A stretch of 64,000 bases of DNA from an uncultured delta proteobacterium (GTDB lineage: Bacteria > Desulfobacterota > Desulfobacteria > Desulfobacterales > JAHEIW01), in contig CAVPNL010000006.1 in the NCBI GenBank assembly GCA_963706575.1, positions 576,001-640,000 of the forward strand, given 5' to 3'. The notes under the pieces were generated by a model. It was not told where the DNA came from, made no database searches, and saw only the letters and a program-made list of their open reading frames with translations. Each line of letters opens with the position of its first letter. The stretch's first letter is position 1. Position numbers and translations under genes: made by a program. Positions 60,328 through 64,000 of this stretch are shown here, one piece after another.

Positions 60328-60759
60328 TTAAAGTTTGATGGTCATTCGTACAAAATTAGCGCCATCGGCGGTTTTATCGATTTCGACTTGATCGGCCAGC
60401 TGCCGGATTAAAAACGTGCCGAATCCGACCGGCGGGTCCTCTTCGTTGACGATGCGCTCAATATTCGGATCGGGAAGAAACCCCTTAAATCCTTCTCCCT
60501 GGTCCATCACGGTAACCTGGATGGCGTTATCCTTAACCATCATCGAAACCTTGACCCGGGCATCCGGCCGTTCTTTGTTGCCGTGTTGCATGGCATTGAT
60601 GGCCGCCTCGGCGACAATGGTTTTTAAGTCCTCGATGCGCTCAGGGGCAAGGCCAAGCATTTTGGCATAGCTCTCCGCAGACGCCATGGCAATGCGTTCG
60701 TAACCCACCTGACTGGGCAAATTGATTTCAATGTGTTGCTTGTTTGATGGGGGGGGCAT
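60328..60759 (-). CDS. Anti-sigma factor Ser kinase (RsbW/SpoIIAB-like)
   Basis: AEAAINAMQHGN, VMDQGEG, GFGTFLIRQLADQV; paralogue of 57126..57587. Confidence 0.9.
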   Translation of the reverse strand: MPPPSNKQHIEINLPSQVGYERIAMASAESYAKMLGLAPERIEDLKTIVAEAAINAMQHGNKERPDARVKVSMMVKDNAIQVTVMDQGEGFKGFLPDPNIERIVNEEDPPVGFGTFLIRQLADQVEIDKTADGANFVRMTIKL

Positions 60760-60885
60760 TATTCTGAGATTCTCTTATCCAATCTGTTGTCGTGAACAAA
60801 AGGGACCAAGAATTACTTCATAAGGTTCATCAAGGCGATGTCATCTTAAGAGAGCGATCAAGATCTGTCAATATAAAAATCGGGT

Positions 60886-61992
60886 TCAATTGAATTGCGA
60901 AATCCTTTCTATCCAGCGCTTAAATAAAACATCCTGAATCGAATAAAGTTTGTTTTTTGAAACCAGCTCTTTCTTGAAAAGCAATTCTAATGCTTTTGAC
61001 ATCTGCGAAGCAGATCTGAACCCCAACCTGGCCAGATTATCCGCAGAGTAAATATTCTTCCCGCCGGCTGCCGCAATTAATTTCAACGCTTTTCTCTGGT
61101 TCAGTGTCAGAGATTCCCATATATTGATGAATTCCGCTTCCCTGTTTTTCAGAATCTTTGATTCTACCCGATCAATATCTTCAATCGAAATATCCGGGGC
61201 ATCCCATAAATTAAAAAAGAACTCCTGGATGTACATGGGGTGGTTTTCACAGCGGGATACCACATTTTCGATATATCTTTTGTTAATGTTGCGCTTGTCC
61301 TTTTTATAAAGCCTTTTGATCCATTTGACATAGTCTTCCGTATTGATTTTTTTTAAGGAATAACTGGTTGCCAATTTATAAAAAGCCCGTTTCGAATCTG
61401 CGAACATTTCGGCCAGCAGATGTTTCTGACTCCCGGCAAAAATGTATGAAATATGGTTGTGCCGCTGGATAGATTTCCGCAGATGTTTTTCAAAGGCCGC
61501 CTCACCGTATTTTGAAATTTCCTGAAACTCGTCAAAAGCAACGGCAAGCTTTTTCTTTTGCGAAAGAGATTGGAGTAAGGCAAAAATCTCGTCTATCGCC
61601 GGTCTTTTATCAACGGGTGCAAAGACCGGAATCGCCACAGGAGCGCCGGTGTAAATATCGATGCTAAAATTCATTGTTAAACTGCTGATTCCTTCTTTAA
61701 TTATTTTCATCAGCTTATCCATTTTAGATTCTATCTGGCTTATCCCTTTGAGCAGTGCTGTAATAAAATCTTCGATGCTGGTGGTTCCGTACAAATCGAT
61801 ATAAATGGTTACCATACCGTTGATATCCTTAAAGACCCGATTAATGAGGGATGTCTTCCCGAAACGGCGATGAGAATAAAGCAAGACGTTTTGAGAATTT
61901 TCAATAAATTTGATTAAATCAGTTTGCTCTTTCTCCCGGTTACAAAATGCAGGATCTTCCACGATGCCGGAAAAGGAAAATGGATTTTTCAT
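60886..61992 (-). CDS. AAA-type ATP-binding protein (archaeal ATPase-like)
   Basis: NPF...FCNRE, SHRRFGKTS, FDEFQE, FAGSQ, HPMYIQ. Confidence 0.85.
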   Translation of the reverse strand: MKNPFSFSGIVEDPAFCNREKEQTDLIKFIENSQNVLLYSHRRFGKTSLINRVFKDINGMVTIYIDLYGTTSIEDFITALLKGISQIESKMDKLMKIIKEGISSLTMNFSIDIYTGAPVAIPVFAPVDKRPAIDEIFALLQSLSQKKKLAVAFDEFQEISKYGEAAFEKHLRKSIQRHNHISYIFAGSQKHLLAEMFADSKRAFYKLATSYSLKKINTEDYVKWIKRLYKKDKRNINKRYIENVVSRCENHPMYIQEFFFNLWDAPDISIEDIDRVESKILKNREAEFINIWESLTLNQRKALKLIAAAGGKNIYSADNLARLGFRSASQMSKALELLFKKELVSKNKLYSIQDVLFKRWIERISQFN

Positions 61993-62182
61993 TGAACCCC
62001 TTTATAAAAATATATTATTGGCGACTCACTTTTAATGTAAAATTATTTCATAATTTGTGAAAAATCAAGACATATATTTATTTTTCTGAATTCAAAGTAA
62101 ACTTGAATATCCGGGAAATATATTTTATCTATCAAAATTAATAGAAGCAATTAACCTTTTTGCTGAAACAGATGCGGGATTT

Positions 62183-63124
62183 ATGGACTCGCCGCCGACC
62201 TCACAAGACATATACAGCCTGCTTGCCATCGGTTCTGCCGAAGAGGTTCTGAGCGAAGTGCTGGAGATTCTAAAGCGGATATCTTCCGATTTCAGCACCG
62301 GGCCGATCCGTGATATTTTTGAAGCGGTGGGGCGCCTCTACAGCGGGAATTTTGCGGGCTACCGAGCCTGCAACACCGGATACCACGATCTGCGTCACGC
62401 CATCGAAGCCTTCCTTGCCATGAGCCGGTTGATCCACGGTGCCGTGCTGGACAACCAATCCTTTAGCGAAAGGCAAATTATCACCGCCTTGATCGCCGCC
62501 ATCCTGCATGATGTCGGCTATATTCAGGAAGAATCCGACACCCGGGGCACCGGCGCCAAACATAAGGCCGATCATGAGCAGCGCAGTATGGACTTTTTAA
62601 GCCGCCACGGTTTCCAATTCGGACTGTCCGAAGAAGAGATCGCTGCCGGCCGTATGATCATTCTGTGCACCGATATGGATTCCGATATCACCACGATCGC
62701 CTTTCCTTCCCCACAGGTAGAACTGCTGGGGAAGCTGCTGGGCACCGCCGATCTCATGGCGCAGCTGGCCGAGCAAACCTATTTGGAAAAGCTGCTGTAT
62801 CTGTATTATGAGTGCAGGGAAGCCGGGGTGGGTGATTATGAGAGCGAGGTGGATATTCTGAGAAAAGCCGTCGATTTTTACGACGTTTTCGAAGCGCGCC
62901 TGAGAACAACACTTGACGGTGTTGATCGATTCATGCAGCTGCATTTTGCATCCAGGTGGGGCATTCATCAGGATCTGTACCATGAGACCATCAACGAGCA
63001 GAAGGATTTTCTTTTAAAGATATTAAAAAAACCGAATAGCGATCCACGCGATTACCTGAAACATGGCGACATAGTCAAAAAAATCCACGAAACCTACCAC
63101 AAAAACACACCCAAACAGCGTTAA
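62183..63124 (+). CDS. HD-domain metal-dependent phosphohydrolase
   Basis: GYHDLRH, AILHDVGY, HEQRS, TADL. Confidence 0.85.
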   Translation: MDSPPTSQDIYSLLAIGSAEEVLSEVLEILKRISSDFSTGPIRDIFEAVGRLYSGNFAGYRACNTGYHDLRHAIEAFLAMSRLIHGAVLDNQSFSERQIITALIAAILHDVGYIQEESDTRGTGAKHKADHEQRSMDFLSRHGFQFGLSEEEIAAGRMIILCTDMDSDITTIAFPSPQVELLGKLLGTADLMAQLAEQTYLEKLLYLYYECREAGVGDYESEVDILRKAVDFYDVFEARLRTTLDGVDRFMQLHFASRWGIHQDLYHETINEQKDFLLKILKKPNSDPRDYLKHGDIVKKIHETYHKNTPKQR

Positions 63125-63323
63125 TCCTCATCCTTAAACCCTTGCTTATATTATAATGCAGGGCCTTCTTGACAACTCGAATCTGTTTTTCTATATTGGG
63201 CGCTTCAAAGATCTGATTCTCCTCTTCTTACTTCACCGGCGTCAGTCAAGGGCGTTATTTTCGTTGCATTGTTAGTGCGTCAAATCGAATTTTGCTGTTA
63301 AAAGGGTTTAGGAGCGGGATTGA

Positions 63324-64000
63324 ATGGATCCCTTTAAAGACGCAAAGACCGACAGCCAGATCTCCTCTTCGCCTGAAGCGGCCGAGGCCGAAAATGAACG
63401 GCGTCTGTTTCACCTCAAAACGCTCTACGATGTCAGTCGCGAACTATTGGGCGTTGTCGAAATCAAAACCATTTTAAAAAACTTTTTGCTCATGACCCTG
63501 GGGAATTTCGGGGTTGTCGAGGGCATCCTTTTAACGCATGACCCCCATTCAAGGGAAAAAAGCCAGCTGGTCACCATCGGAATTCAGGATGATGATAATG
63601 CGTCCATATCAAAGGGCGCTATAGACTTTCTGGCAAATCACAACCCGGGAAACGCTATCCTTGCAGAAGAAGAGCGCCGGCGACTTAAATTTTTGCCCCG
63701 GGCGGTTGAATGTGTCGCCTGCTTTTCGGTTGACCGAGGATTATGTCGGCCTCCTGGGGCTCGGTTCAAAAATTGTCGGTGATCCCTATAACAATGAGGA
63801 CAGGGATCTTCTGGAAACCCTGGTAAACAACCTGATCGTTTCTCTCAAAAATGCCAGATCGACCGAAGCCCTGAAAAATGCCTATGAAGAACTTGCCGTT
63901 TTAAACCGCGCCAAAGATAAATTGATCGACCACCTCTCCCATGAATTGCAAACGCCCCTCGCCGTTTTAAAAACATCGATGACCCTGCTGCGAAGAAAAC
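63324..64000 (+). CDS. GAF-like + histidine kinase (partial; frameshift near 63735)
   Basis: After GTTGACC the alternative frame reads EDYVGLLGLGSKIVGDPYNNEDRDLLETLVNN...LIDHLSHELQTPLAV (HisKA H-box) to the window end. Confidence 0.85.

Noticed and set aside
63730..63782. Programmed frameshift in the terminal kinase
   Set aside because: No slippery sequence; an extra C in GACC fits the indel errors seen elsewhere

Overview
Chromosomal window from an anaerobe, most likely Desulfobacterota/Desulfobacterales (inferred from gene content). 0-4 kb: partial Ser/Thr kinase, two lipoproteins and two tRNA-Ser genes. 4.6-26 kb: a hydrogenase island with a Tat-exported [NiFe] hydrogenase, a maturation protease, a HupUV/HoxBC-like sensory hydrogenase with a triple-PAS histidine kinase and a stand-alone receiver, hypCFDE, apbE and two paralogous MMPL/RND proteins fused to different signalling outputs. 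The large subunit of the exported hydrogenase has an in-frame TGA followed by a SECIS-like hairpin at the second Cys of the N-terminal RxCGxC motif. That is a predicted bridging Ni-Fe ligand, not the canonical [NiFeSe] site. 26-64 kb: a signalling-rich region (three PP2C phosphatases, two RsbW/STAS pairs, a class III cyclase with a guanylyl-cyclase-type Glu, a cNMP-domain protein, an HD hydrolase, a histidine kinase, and an NCS2 permease with an RsbW-like tail), two M20 peptidases, two B12 radical SAM genes, lnt, and a frameshift-riddled ~7.8 kb surface protein gene ending in a metzincin-like motif. Several single-base indels (34.75, 43.2, 45.8-54.2 and 63.7 kb) look like sequencing errors. 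All calls are by-eye motif recognition; no searches were run.
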